A stretch of DNA of 63,005 bases from Ignavibacteria bacterium UBA7675 (GTDB lineage Bacteria; Bacteroidota; Ignavibacteria; Kapaibacteriales; UB7675). The notes under the pieces were generated by a model. It was not told where the DNA came from. It did not search any database and saw nothing but the letters and a program-made list of their open reading frames with translations. The DNA lies in the NCBI GenBank assembly GCA_002483085.1, contig DLHF01000063.1, positions 16,602 through 79,606 on the forward strand, read 5' to 3'. Below are positions 46,713 to 57,248 of this stretch, piece by piece. The stretch's first letter is position 1. The number at the start of each line of letters is the position of its first letter. The translations under genes were made by a program, and so were the position numbers.

Positions 46713-47720
46713 TTAGCGGAGAGCGAGAGCAAATTCGATGAATTCGGGAGGGATGTCGGCATAGCTGGTCTGCGAGTCGTCGGCAGCCACTGCCAGTGGT
46801 AGCGGATCGCTCATATGGCCTGTGTAGAAGGCAGAGTAGTAGCCGCTTTCGCATCGGTCGAACGCGTCCTTTACCATGCGATAGCCAAGCCAGCTCGCAC
46901 GCAGGATGTCGGTAGTCGCTGCTGTACCGCCGCGCTGGAAATAGCTCATATCGACCGACCGGATTTCGCGCCACACATTGCGCTGCTCAAAGATTTGTTC
47001 GAGTATGGATTTGATCTCGTCGAGCGATTTCGGGTACGCTTCGCTTACGATGATGCGCGAGTCGCGGTCGCGTTCGCTTATCATGGAAGCCATGCGCTCG
47101 AAGTTGACCTGTTCGTGTGGGCGGATAACGTACTCGGCACCGGAGGCGATACCGGCAAAAAGCGGAAGGAATGCGGAGTTGCGCCCCATCGAGCGAATCA
47201 GGTACACGCGGCGGTGTGCGCTGGCTGTATCGCGTATCCATTCCAGCATCTCAAGGCTTTTGTCGATGGCGCTGTAGAATCCTATCGACGAGCCGTGCAT
47301 ATTGCATACGTCGTTGTCGATAGAGCCCGGGCAGACCAAAATGCGCGTGCGCAGCTTTTCACGGCGGAGAATGTCTTCGATGACGGCAGCCGCTCGCAGG
47401 CTTCCATTGCCTCCGCATACGAGCAGGTAGTCGAACCCAGCATCGTCGAGGTTGCGCGCTACCGTTTCTTGAATGTCGCTGTCTTTTGCCAGGTCGGCAA
47501 ACCGCACTGTTCCCAGAATCGTGCCACCAGCGCTTGATATACCCGCTACATCGAGCTTGTTGAGCCGCCGGTATCTGTTTTCCATAAGGCCGCGCCAGCC
47601 GTCTAATACTCCCCACACTGATGTTTGGGGGCGGATGTTAAGTGCTGTACGCACAACTGCGCGAATAAAAGCATTCATTCCCGGGCAATCACCGCCGCCC
47701 GTCATCACTGCAAATTTCAT
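46713..47720 (-). CDS. pfkA: 6-phosphofructokinase
   Basis: TGGGDCPGMN, GGTILGT, SIDND, MGR, QRGG; start placed at 47720. Confidence 0.9.
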   Translation of the reverse strand: MKFAVMTGGGDCPGMNAFIRAVVRTALNIRPQTSVWGVLDGWRGLMENRYRRLNKLDVAGISSAGGTILGTVRFADLAKDSDIQETVARNLDDAGFDYLLVCGGNGSLRAAAVIEDILRREKLRTRILVCPGSIDNDVCNMHGSSIGFYSAIDKSLEMLEWIRDTASAHRRVYLIRSMGRNSAFLPLFAGIASGAEYVIRPHEQVNFERMASMISERDRDSRIIVSEAYPKSLDEIKSILEQIFEQRNVWREIRSVDMSYFQRGGTAATTDILRASWLGYRMVKDAFDRCESGYYSAFYTGHMSDPLPLAVAADDSQTSYADIPPEFIEFALALR

Positions 47721-47843
47721 AGATCGTATCCTGCATAATACCATTAAAGGCACGTAAATATATGTGTTGAGGCGATGGTACGCAAAAAAACTGGTGTAAA
47801 GTTTACACAATCAGCAGCTATACCCTGCCAATGATGCATATCT

Positions 47844-48320
47844 CTACAACGGCATGCGCCTGTTGAGTTCGGCGCGGACAGCCTGCAAAGTATTTACCAA
47901 CTCCGCGCGCTGTTCGTCCGAAAGCACAGAAAAAACATCGTGCATCGCACGTATGTCTGCGTCCATCGATTCCAGAAGTGTAAGGCCGCTTGGGAGTATC
48001 AGCGTTCGCACAATGCGGTTGTCGCGGCTGTCGCGTGCCCGTGTTACATAACCGCCCAACTCAAGTCTTCTTATCAGCCGTGTGATATCCGGGCTGCGCT
48101 GTATCATGCGGCTGTTCACTTCCGAGCACGAAAGCGCATTCGGATGGGAGCCGCGAAGAATTCGCAACATGTTGTACTGCTGGGTTGTAATCCCGTATCG
48201 CTGGCAGATGCTTAGAAAATAATCCCGTAATCGCTCGGCTGTAAACAGCAGGCCTACAGTAAGTTCGTGCTGCTGCGAGATGAACGGTTTGTTCATCTTT
48301 AGTTCTTCGCTAAGGCCCAT
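47844..48320 (-). CDS. MarR family transcriptional regulator
   Basis: GITTQQYNMLRILRG..PDITRLIRRL..R.RD..D.R. Confidence 0.88.
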   Translation of the reverse strand: MGLSEELKMNKPFISQQHELTVGLLFTAERLRDYFLSICQRYGITTQQYNMLRILRGSHPNALSCSEVNSRMIQRSPDITRLIRRLELGGYVTRARDSRDNRIVRTLILPSGLTLLESMDADIRAMHDVFSVLSDEQRAELVNTLQAVRAELNRRMPL

Positions 48321-48604
48321 AGGTATGAATACAAATGCGTCGACACTGTCGATATAAAAATCCGGGCTCGCAGCGGGCGAGCCGGTTATCTTCTCTTGGG
48401 AGCTGTCTGAAATTCGGTTCAGCGCTTTTGTCCTTGTGTGCAAACACCCATCGGACTGTCTCTGTATTGGAGCCTTTGTAGGCTTGTCGTACCTTCCTGC
48501 GCTCATGATGCAAGGACTAATGTGCTGCGCTGCACACCTGTCGATACGGCGAGCCGGTACAAGGGATTTCCACAGATAGTATCTGTAGAATGTAGTAATA
48601 GCTG

Positions 48605-48887
48605 TGCGCCTATGTCTTCGGCCAGCCTTTCTGTCTCCGCACCGCGCTGCACGTCCGCCGCGTCGTTGTCCGGCCTACTCTCCGCGTATTGTTACCGTCA
48701 GTTCGTCTTTACACCGATTCTTATGGCAACAGTGCGAAGACGAGCCCACGATAATCCCGCAGTGGCTATCACAGCGGTTGGAGGCATCGGCGCCTATTCC
48801 CAAGCGAATAGCGGTTGGGCAGCGGATAACCGGTTTGTGCGACCGGTGACAGCGACCGGGCGTGTGGGCAGCGACGCCCGTGCCATA
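48605..48887 (+). repeat. Dispersed intergenic repeat, copy B
   Basis: GCACCGCGCTGCA..TCCGCCGCGT and TGTGCGACCGGTGACAGCG..ACGCCCGTGCCA. Confidence 0.72.
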
Positions 48888-48925
48888 CATCGTTCATCAC
48901 AGGAGTCTGCTGCAATGCCGTATTG

Positions 48926-51787
48926 TTATCGGACGACTACGAACAAATATGATGTTCTTTTTCCGGCTGTGTCAATAAAAGTAGCTGTGTATATGCCGGG
49001 AGCCAAAGGCGTAGCATCGAGCGCTATGCCCGATCCATGACGCCGCACATCAACAGTGTACTGGCGCCCGGTCATATCGGCTACAGCAACTTCTACTGGA
49101 AGTGGACGTCCGGCGGGGAATGTTGCTGTCAACCACGTCGACACGGGATTGGGGTGCAGGTTTGCACGTCCGGCATTGTATTCGGCAACACTCGTGCTGA
49201 GCTGGCCTATGCGGATTTCGTCGATATACCAGCCGTCGTTGTGTTTTGTGACACCCGAGCGAAACCGCAGCCGTGTAAAGATTGTTTTTCCACGCATATC
49301 ATCGAGAGAGATGTCTTCAACAGCAAAGTCGTTTTGGTCGAATGTGCCATCCTGCCATGCTGCGAACGACGCATTGTTGTAGAATGCTATGCGCTGCCAT
49401 GTGGCCATAGTATCGAGCGATACTTCGATATAGGCGGTATCGGATGGGTCGATAATAGCAGCGTGCCTGATGCGCAGAAACGAATTTTCCTGTACAACAC
49501 CTACCGGGAAGAGGACGAGCGTATCGGCAGCAAACCCTTTGTAGTTACCATCGGGAGATTCGGTGACGACTGTTCGCCCACCGAGGACTGTAATTTGTTG
49601 CCATTTTCCGCTGTTGTAATACGGGGGAATCACCGTATTTGCAAAATCTTCGCTGAGCTCGGCTGCGACAGGGCCTGCATATGCAAGGATCGTATTACTG
49701 CGGGCGCTTTCATTCTGCGGGATTGCATTATCTACCACGCTTACGCTGTAGCTGAAAAAACCCTGGGCGCCGGTTGTGTCGTACACAACAACTGTCCGGC
49801 CTGTATCCTGCGGCTGAATAGCTTGTTCCCGTACAAAAACGCCATTGCGGTAGATGCGAATAGCGCTGGCATTGACAAATGGCGTCAGAGTATCAGCTCG
49901 GAGCGACGGCACGACAACGGATAGTTTGGTACTGTAGTCGGCTTGTGTGCCTTGCCATCTAATGATGTCGGGGGCAAGTGGCAGCCGTGCTCCACCGGCA
50001 TATGAGTTGACCGTGCGATACACGCTGGAATCGCTTCCTGCAACCACTGCGATAGAATACTCATAGCGTTCAAATGGAGTAAGCTCTGTGTCGTGCCACT
50101 GAAGCGCCGACGACGGTAGCACGCGTTGGAACTGGCCATTACGGAAAAGAGCGTAGCTGAACTCTTCTGGTAAAAGCGGCTGGCCAAAGACTCGTGTTGT
50201 TGGCGCTTGCCATGAAAGATCGAGTTCGGTGGGCTGTTCGGCCAGAATGACCGCGCGGAAATTTTCCACAGGATTGGGGATACTGATATCGACAATAGCC
50301 GTATAGACATCGTTATCGCGGTTATCGGCGCCCGCATTGCGAGTGTCGAACCACGAGGGGTAGATAATTCCGCCGTGGAAAGCATTGCCACTGTAGTCGC
50401 CTGCAAAATTTTGTCCCTGAAACGGATTCTTGCGTACATCGCTCTGAAAGTCGGATACACGTCGGTCGATCCAAGTTGTACCGCCATCGTTCGAGTAGCT
50501 CACATAGCAGTGTATGGCCAGATTCGCTATGTCGTCGCGGCTGTCGAGATACATTACTGCCAGATCGCCTGTTGTCTGGTCGATGCTCAGCCAAGGCCAA
50601 AACTGGTCGTTGGCAGGATTGCTGTGCACGTGCATCGGTGTACTCCATGTATCGCCGCCGTCGTTAGAGCGCGAGAAGTACACATCTGGGAGACTGTCGG
50701 CAGCCCAGCACAGATACAACGCACCGCGCCGGGAGCCATTGGTAATATCGCATACTAATGTTGGATAGCTCTCTACTCGTACTCTGCCTTTGAGCGTGTG
50801 GCGCACACCTTCGTTTAGCCGCAGCGGTGTACCGAGGGGCTTGTAGGTCTGTATCAGCTTTGGAGTGCTGAATGTAGCTCCGCCATCAGTTGACTTTGAA
50901 AAGCCAATAGAGTGTTTCGGGCCGTAATTCCACACGACGTACACTTCGCCATTAGGGCCCGTGACTGCCAGCGGGAAACTCTGGCCGAATGTTGTGTCCT
51001 CCGAAGTTCCTGTAGCGCGCGCGCTAACAGGTACAGGAACGCTCCAAGAAAGGCCACCATCAGTTGATTTGGAAAGGACAATTTGTGTAGCCGAATCGGC
51101 GTCGGTAACGCGCTTCCAGGGTATATAGGCGTGCTTGAAGTACGGAGAAGTTGCTGAATTATCGAGCCAGACATAGTATTTATCTTCAAACACGGAGTCG
51201 CGAGTCTGCGTACCTCTATGCAGAATTACTGGTATGTGTGGCTGCCATGTTACTCCTTCGTCCTCGGTGACAGCTATAAACACCCCGTTCTCCCGGGTTG
51301 TTGTGTTAAATCCGCCATAGCAGAGGAAGCCTCGCCCCGTCATGTCAAATCCCACCGATGGGTCGTTGCTGGCAGCCCAGTCGGGAAAAGGCTTACCGAG
51401 CATTTTATTCTCCCAGGTGCGGCCTCCATCATGCGATACATACACCCAGGTGGAAGAGTTGTTTCGGTAGTCTACAGCCGAGGCTATGAGATTCTTGGGA
51501 TTGGTAGGATTAACGGCGATAGACGACTCATTCTGCACCGGCAGCGGGTCGCTTTCTTCTCCTACGAGATTGGAGTTATTGAACACCGAGCTATGCGACT
51601 GCTCAAGCAGGACATAAGGGGGATACAGGATGTGTTTACCTGTTGAGATAGGAGTGGGGTGGGCCCATTCCATGAATCGCTTAAATTTTCGCTCCGTGGC
51701 CGACAGCGAAGTGTCGGCTTGCTGTGTATGGAGGGAAACTGCCGCCGCGAGGCAAAAAAACATTGTAGCAATGTATTGCATAGTCAT
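48926..51787 (-). CDS. BNR/Asp-box (sialidase-like beta-propeller) protein with T9SS-type C-terminal domain
   Basis: Repeated S.DGG.TW; C-terminal HPNPV..LAPGIY. Confidence 0.85.
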   Translation of the reverse strand: MTMQYIATMFFCLAAAVSLHTQQADTSLSATERKFKRFMEWAHPTPISTGKHILYPPYVLLEQSHSSVFNNSNLVGEESDPLPVQNESSIAVNPTNPKNLIASAVDYRNNSSTWVYVSHDGGRTWENKMLGKPFPDWAASNDPSVGFDMTGRGFLCYGGFNTTTRENGVFIAVTEDEGVTWQPHIPVILHRGTQTRDSVFEDKYYVWLDNSATSPYFKHAYIPWKRVTDADSATQIVLSKSTDGGLSWSVPVPVSARATGTSEDTTFGQSFPLAVTGPNGEVYVVWNYGPKHSIGFSKSTDGGATFSTPKLIQTYKPLGTPLRLNEGVRHTLKGRVRVESYPTLVCDITNGSRRGALYLCWAADSLPDVYFSRSNDGGDTWSTPMHVHSNPANDQFWPWLSIDQTTGDLAVMYLDSRDDIANLAIHCYVSYSNDGGTTWIDRRVSDFQSDVRKNPFQGQNFAGDYSGNAFHGGIIYPSWFDTRNAGADNRDNDVYTAIVDISIPNPVENFRAVILAEQPTELDLSWQAPTTRVFGQPLLPEEFSYALFRNGQFQRVLPSSALQWHDTELTPFERYEYSIAVVAGSDSSVYRTVNSYAGGARLPLAPDIIRWQGTQADYSTKLSVVVPSLRADTLTPFVNASAIRIYRNGVFVREQAIQPQDTGRTVVVYDTTGAQGFFSYSVSVVDNAIPQNESARSNTILAYAGPVAAELSEDFANTVIPPYYNSGKWQQITVLGGRTVVTESPDGNYKGFAADTLVLFPVGVVQENSFLRIRHAAIIDPSDTAYIEVSLDTMATWQRIAFYNNASFAAWQDGTFDQNDFAVEDISLDDMRGKTIFTRLRFRSGVTKHNDGWYIDEIRIGQLSTSVAEYNAGRANLHPNPVSTWLTATFPAGRPLPVEVAVADMTGRQYTVDVRRHGSGIALDATPLAPGIYTATFIDTAGKRTSYLFVVVR

Positions 51788-51894
51788 ATCCTACTATCGA
51801 AGAGAAGAGTCTTTCATACTACACAAGAATTTGCCCAAAAACAAGACAGGAATGTGGGTAATACTGTATTCTTGGACATTTGCATAGAAAGGGG

Positions 51895-51918
51895 AAACGG
51901 CGGTTGAGGCCGCCGTTT
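51895..51918 (-). terminator. Terminator-like hairpin after fbp
   Basis: AAACGGCGG...CCGCCGTTT. Confidence 0.55.
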
Positions 51919-51933
51919 GTCTGATATGAATCT

Positions 51934-52947
51934 TTAGTTTTCGCGGAGAAACTGTTCGGCTTCCAGAACATCTTCCTCGCTGCCCATGAAGACCGGAGCG
52001 CGTTCGTGAATTTCTGTTGGTTCGAGATCGAGAATGCGCAGGCTGCCGTCGGTAGCGCGCCCGCCTGCTTGTTCGATAAGCATAGCCAGAGGATTGAGCT
52101 CGTACATGAGGCGGAGTTTACCTCCGGGGTACTCGCTATCCCGGGGATACATAAAGATACCGCCATAGTGCAGTGTGCGGTGTATATCGGCCACTGCCGT
52201 ACCAATATAGCGCAGGCTATAGGGCTTGTGCGTATCGGTAGGCGTCTTCAGAAAGTCGATATACCGCTTCATGTTGGCGTCCCATTTGTGGTAATTGCCT
52301 TCGTTCACACTATAAGTTGCGCCGCGTTTGGGCATTTGGAGCTTTTCCACGGTAAGCAGGAAGTCGCCTATGGTTGGATCGTAGGTAAAAACATTTACCC
52401 CATTGCCAGTTGTGTAGACAAGCACCGTACTACTTCCGTAGCAGGCATACCCTGCGGCAACCTGTTTATAGCCGGGCTGGAGCAGGTCTGCCATGCTACC
52501 GTCGTTATTCTGATTGGGGTCGAGCCGCTGATAGATAGAAAAAATCGTACCTACTGAAACATTAACATCGATATTCGAGGAGCCATCAAGGGGGTCGAAC
52601 AGCAGCACATACTTACCTCTATTGTATTGTTCGGGTATGCTGATTAGTCCGTCGGATTCCTCCGATGCCATAGCACACAGATGGCCGCCGTGATCCATAG
52701 CACGGAAAATTGTATCATTAGCATGCCGGTCTAGGACTTTCACTTGTTCACCGTGTACATTCTCATCTTCGGTAATGCCGAGAATATCATTGAGACCAGC
52801 GCGGCGAACATCGCGCGAAATGATGCGAATAGCAAGCGTGAGATCGCGGAGTAGGCGGGAAAATTCGCCTGTAGCGGCCTCGTGGAAGAGTTCTTCTTCA
52901 GCAATATGACGCTCTATCGTAATGAGCTTGTGAATTGTTACGGGCAT
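51934..52947 (-). CDS. fbp: Fructose-1,6-bisphosphatase class 1
   Basis: ASEE, FDPLDGSSNID, YSVNEGN, GKLRLMYE. Confidence 0.96.
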   Translation of the reverse strand: MPVTIHKLITIERHIAEEELFHEAATGEFSRLLRDLTLAIRIISRDVRRAGLNDILGITEDENVHGEQVKVLDRHANDTIFRAMDHGGHLCAMASEESDGLISIPEQYNRGKYVLLFDPLDGSSNIDVNVSVGTIFSIYQRLDPNQNNDGSMADLLQPGYKQVAAGYACYGSSTVLVYTTGNGVNVFTYDPTIGDFLLTVEKLQMPKRGATYSVNEGNYHKWDANMKRYIDFLKTPTDTHKPYSLRYIGTAVADIHRTLHYGGIFMYPRDSEYPGGKLRLMYELNPLAMLIEQAGGRATDGSLRILDLEPTEIHERAPVFMGSEEDVLEAEQFLREN

Positions 52948-52983
52948 GAAAAAACCTTCATCAAGTGGAAAAGCTCAGAAATA

Positions 52984-53448
52984 TCAGTTGTTCTGTATCC
53001 GATGCGGAGGTATGCGAACGGCAAGGACGGGGCAGGGCGCTTTGCGGAGAACTCGCTCGGTTGTGCTGCCAAACAGGAAGTGCTCGATACCACTTCGCCC
53101 GTGTGTGGCAATGCTGATAAGATCAATCTGGTTATCGGTTGCGTATTTGATAATCTCGTCGGATGCGCGCCCACTGCATACGGATTTCACCACTGTGAAG
53201 CCTTCTGCAAGCAGCTCCTTGCAATTTTTTTCCAATTCCTTATCGGCGGCGCTGCTCAGCTCGTGCTCAATATCAATAAACCCCACCTGCGAGTACCCCC
53301 AGTCTGCCGGATAGACTGTTGGCTCTACAACGTGCATCAGATGAAGCACTGCTTCCGAACTTCTGGCCATTTCTTTGGCATAGTTCAGCGCGTTGTTCGA
53401 CGGATCGGAGAAATCAGTAGGAACGAGAATGCTCTTTACTATAAACAT
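52984..53448 (-). CDS. Universal stress protein
   Basis: ILVPTDFS..ATHGRSG..FGSTTERVLRKAPCPVL; start placed at 53448. Confidence 0.92.
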   Translation of the reverse strand: MFIVKSILVPTDFSDPSNNALNYAKEMARSSEAVLHLMHVVEPTVYPADWGYSQVGFIDIEHELSSAADKELEKNCKELLAEGFTVVKSVCSGRASDEIIKYATDNQIDLISIATHGRSGIEHFLFGSTTERVLRKAPCPVLAVRIPPHRIQNN

Positions 53449-53773
53449 AGAGGTGTCCTTGTATAGTTGAGGCAAAGAAGCCAAACGCCGAGAGAAACAA
53501 AACTTCTGTCCACCTTGTTTACTCGCGTATGCATAGAGCAATTTACGATTTTTTTACGTATAGCCTTCTTACTATCTGCACATTCTGAACGGTCGTAATG
53601 GCACTTTGTCCAGATATTTTGTCATGGGTGTTATGGCCTTCCTGACACAATTGCTCAAGCTCCTGCCATTCTGTCCGTTAATGTGTGGTCGCAAAAGGCT
53701 GGCACACTTTTGCTACAGGCAGGTACAACTACAGAATTACGGTTTAGTTTATCAGTATATGGAGATATGAGAT

Positions 53774-54256
53774 ATGTACACCCATTTTGGAACAAAGCGC
53801 GATATCGAGAATGTGATGGAGCAGATAGGAGAACAGATCGGTAATTTTATTCAGCAAGTAGGCCGGGAGAACCCGTTTACGCAGCGCCCGCAGGAACCTG
53901 TGCCACCGCAGCCGGAATACTCCTATACGAGTACAAACTGGCCGCAAATTGATGTGGAAGAAGATGAAGAAGGGGTGTACATGTACGCCGAGCTGCCAGG
54001 CATGGAAAAGTCGGATATCCATATTGTTATTGACCAGAACAACGTACTAAAAATTCGGGGTGAGAAAAAGCAGGTGTCACGCCAGGGAGCCACTCGCCTT
54101 GCCAGCGAGCGCTCTACCGGTACATTTGCTCGCTCGATTGCACTTCCTGATCAGATCGACCCAGCAGCGGTCCAAGCCGAGTTTACCAATGGTTTGCTGA
54201 CAATTACGATAGGAAAAAAAGAGCATGCCAGTGGCATTCGGGTGGAAATCCGCTAA
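53774..54256 (+). CDS. Hsp20/alpha-crystallin small heat-shock protein
   Basis: AELPGM..ER..G.F.RSI.LP..NGLLTI. Confidence 0.9.
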   Translation: MYTHFGTKRDIENVMEQIGEQIGNFIQQVGRENPFTQRPQEPVPPQPEYSYTSTNWPQIDVEEDEEGVYMYAELPGMEKSDIHIVIDQNNVLKIRGEKKQVSRQGATRLASERSTGTFARSIALPDQIDPAAVQAEFTNGLLTITIGKKEHASGIRVEIR

Positions 54257-54316
54257 TACATACATCAGCAAAACAACTACAGTACTATATATTCTACTAT
54301 GTGAGGAGGATGTCGT

Positions 54317-54772
54317 ATGACACTCGTAAGATTTGAACCGTTTCGCGAACTTGAGAACATTGGTCGCCGTGTGAACGACAGAGTAAATGGATTTGTAAAA
54401 ATGATGGAAAACGAAGGCGGCTGGGATAAAAGCAGATTCGTTCCGCGCGTGGATGTAGCAGAAGACGACAAAGGCTTGTATATCCATGCCGAGCTTCCGG
54501 GCATGACCAAAGAGAATGTGCAGGTAACAGTGGATGAGGAAAGGATTCTGACGATTAAGGGCGAAAAAAGACAGGAAGAGCAAACGGAAGACAACAAGAA
54601 AAACTTCGTTCGTGTCGAGCGGAACTACGGCAGCTTTACGCGGTCGTTTACTCTGCCCGATAATGTGAATGCCAATGCAATCAGCGCTGTGTTTGAACAT
54701 GGCGTGCTGAATGTAACACTTCCGAAAATGGAACCGGCAAAGCCGAAAGAAGTCAACATCGCTATTCAGTAA
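54317..54772 (+). CDS. Hsp20/alpha-crystallin small heat-shock protein
   Basis: PRVDV..AELPG..ERNYGSFTRSFTLP..GVL.VTLPK. Confidence 0.93.
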   Translation: MTLVRFEPFRELENIGRRVNDRVNGFVKMMENEGGWDKSRFVPRVDVAEDDKGLYIHAELPGMTKENVQVTVDEERILTIKGEKRQEEQTEDNKKNFVRVERNYGSFTRSFTLPDNVNANAISAVFEHGVLNVTLPKMEPAKPKEVNIAIQ

Positions 54773-54880
54773 GCCCGTAAGTACACAAAACTGTGCAACT
54801 CTGCACGAAAATAATATCAATTTAGAAAAAGCATGCAGGCGGTATTTATACTGCCTGCACTATGTATGTAAGGAGCAATT

Positions 54881-56818
54881 ATGAGCAAGATTATCGGTAT
54901 AGACTTAGGCACAACGAACTCGGTTGTAGCTGTGATGGAAGGTGCCTCTCAGGTAGTAATTGCCAACAGTGAAGGTGGGCGTACTACTCCCTCTGTGATC
55001 GGCTTTACGAAATCGGGCGAGCGCGTTGTGGGCGAGGCAGCTAAACGCCAGTCTATCACGAACCCCATCAACACAGTGTACTCTATTAAGCGCTTTGTGG
55101 GGCGCCGCTGGGACGAAGTGCAGGAAGAAGCTAAGATGGTGCCCTATAAGGTAAAGCCTTCTACCGATGGTACAGCGGTACGCGTGGAGATTGACGGTCG
55201 CGACTACTCGCCCGAAGAAATCTCATCGATGATTCTGCAAAAGATGAAGCAAACAGCAGAGGACTACCTCGGCCAAAAAGTAACGGAAGCCGTTATTACC
55301 GTGCCTGCATACTTCAACGACTCGCAGCGCCAAGCTACTAAAACCGCTGGTGAAATCGCGGGCCTCGACGTGCGGAGAATTATCAATGAGCCGACGGCTG
55401 CAGCCCTGGCTTATGGCTTGGACAAAAAAGGCCAGAACATGACAATTGCCGTGTATGACCTCGGCGGTGGTACATTCGATATCTCGGTGCTGGAAATTGG
55501 CGACGGTGTCTTCGAAGTGAAATCTACGAATGGTGATACTCACCTCGGTGGCGATAACTTCGACCAGCGTGTGATCATGTATCTCGCCGATGAGTTCCAG
55601 CGCCAAGAAGGCATCGACCTGCGCAAAGACCCGATGGCTCTGCAACGCTTGCGCGAAGCTGCTGAGAAAGCAAAAATTGAGCTCTCGCAAAAGCTCGAAA
55701 CAGAAGTAAATCTGCCCTTTGTAACGGCAACAGCCGATGGGCCGAAACACTTGAACATCCGCCTTACACGCGCCAAGTTTGAAAGTTTGTGCGAAGATAT
55801 GTTCAGCAAAACTCTGGGCCCGTGCGAGCAAGCTGTGCGCGATGCCAAAATTACACCTTCGCAGATCGACGAGGTGATCCTCGTAGGTGGTTCTACTCGT
55901 ATCCCGAAGATTCAGGAACTCGTAAAGAAATTCTTTGGCAAAGAACCGGCTAAGACTGTAAACCCGGATGAAGTGGTTGCAATTGGTGCAGCAGTACAGG
56001 GCGCAGTGCTGGCAGGCGAACTCAAAGACGTTCTTCTGCTTGATGTAACGCCGCTTACACTCGGTATCGAGACCTATGGCGGTGTGATGACTCCTATGAT
56101 TCCGTCGAATACGACAATTCCCACGCGGAAAACAGAGACATTCTCAACCGCGAGCGATAATCAGCCTTCTGTGGAAATCCACATTCTGCAAGGCGAACGC
56201 CCGATGGCAGGCGATAACCGCACGCTCGGGAAATTCCATCTCGGCGATATTCCTCCGGCTCCGCGCGGTGTGCCGCAGGTTGAAGTGACATTCGATATCG
56301 ATGCCAATGGTCTTCTTAATGTGTCGGCACGCGATAAAGTTACTGGTAAAGAACAAAGCATTCGCATTACGTCGTCCAGCGGTCTGAACAAAGACGAGAT
56401 CGAGCGTATGAAACGCGATGCGCAGGATCATGCTGCCGAGGACAAAAAGCGCAAGGAATCTGTCGAGGTTAAAAATCAAGCAGATAACCTTGTGTTCTCA
56501 ACTGAAAAACAACTGAAAGAGTTTGGCGATAAGCTGAGCCCGGAAGTGCGTGGCAAGATCGAGAGTGCTAAAGAGCGCTTGGCCGAAGCTGTGAAATCCG
56601 ACAATGCCGAAGAAATCCGCACTGCAATGGATGCACTCAACGAACAGTGGAGCGAAGCATCGCAGCAGATGTATTCCCAGGCAGGTAGCACAGGCGGCGA
56701 GCAAACGCCCCCCGGTGGCCAGGCCGAAGGACAAGCCGGTGCCCAAGACGGACAAAAAACAGCCGATGGCAATGTAGAAGAAGCCGACTACACAATTGTG
56801 GATGAGAACCAGAAGTAA
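54881..56818 (+). CDS. dnaK: Chaperone DnaK (Hsp70)
   Basis: [33 protein letters not shown]. Confidence 0.98.
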   Translation: MSKIIGIDLGTTNSVVAVMEGASQVVIANSEGGRTTPSVIGFTKSGERVVGEAAKRQSITNPINTVYSIKRFVGRRWDEVQEEAKMVPYKVKPSTDGTAVRVEIDGRDYSPEEISSMILQKMKQTAEDYLGQKVTEAVITVPAYFNDSQRQATKTAGEIAGLDVRRIINEPTAAALAYGLDKKGQNMTIAVYDLGGGTFDISVLEIGDGVFEVKSTNGDTHLGGDNFDQRVIMYLADEFQRQEGIDLRKDPMALQRLREAAEKAKIELSQKLETEVNLPFVTATADGPKHLNIRLTRAKFESLCEDMFSKTLGPCEQAVRDAKITPSQIDEVILVGGSTRIPKIQELVKKFFGKEPAKTVNPDEVVAIGAAVQGAVLAGELKDVLLLDVTPLTLGIETYGGVMTPMIPSNTTIPTRKTETFSTASDNQPSVEIHILQGERPMAGDNRTLGKFHLGDIPPAPRGVPQVEVTFDIDANGLLNVSARDKVTGKEQSIRITSSSGLNKDEIERMKRDAQDHAAEDKKRKESVEVKNQADNLVFSTEKQLKEFGDKLSPEVRGKIESAKERLAEAVKSDNAEEIRTAMDALNEQWSEASQQMYSQAGSTGGEQTPPGGQAEGQAGAQDGQKTADGNVEEADYTIVDENQK

Positions 56819-56837
56819 TGCATGCGATGATGGATAC

Positions 56838-56871
56838 AAAACCCGGAGAATCTACAACTCCGGGTTTTTTT
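56838..56871 (+). terminator. Intrinsic terminator after dnaK
   Basis: AAAACCCGGAG...CTCCGGGTTTTTTT. Confidence 0.8.
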
Positions 56872-56935
56872 CTTTTAAAGCGGGGGGGGAGTGCTTTCTT
56901 CCGTTCGGTTTTGTCTCTAATCGTGCAGATGGTGG

Positions 56936-57208
56936 TGCGCTTCGGTCGCTGCTCATGCGGCGAGTCTGAGTTATCATAGGAATGATGCGTGGACAAACGC
57001 ACTGCGCTGCATTTATACATAGGCTCGTCTGCGCGCAATGCTCCTACGGCACGCCGCAACAACTGTACTCCTTATGTGTTCTTCTCCTCATCGGGAGGAT
57101 TGTGCGGCCTGATGTGTCTTTCGGCGGCTGGCGGGTGGTCAACGGATAGGCGGTTGATGCGACCGGTGACAGCGACGGGACTTTGGGACAAGACGCCCGT
57201 GCCACAGA
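56936..57208 (+). repeat. Dispersed intergenic repeat, copy C
   Basis: TGCGCTTCGGTCGCTGC at start; TGCGACCGGTGACAGCG..AGACGCCCGTGCCAC at end. Confidence 0.75.
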
Positions 57209-57248
57209 GCGAGCATAACAGAAACGACAGGCAATTACATACTACAGC

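Noticed and set aside
48438-49040. ORFs sharing RPVTATG (48438..49040 and 56989..57258) as a protein family
   Set aside because: The similarity follows from the nucleotide repeat; the frame is not kept between copies beyond the core.
46713-52947. pfkA and fbp proximity, and the GGNG variant in Pfk, as a novel system
   Set aside because: The genes are separated by unrelated genes, and such motif variants occur among PFK subfamilies; no further support.
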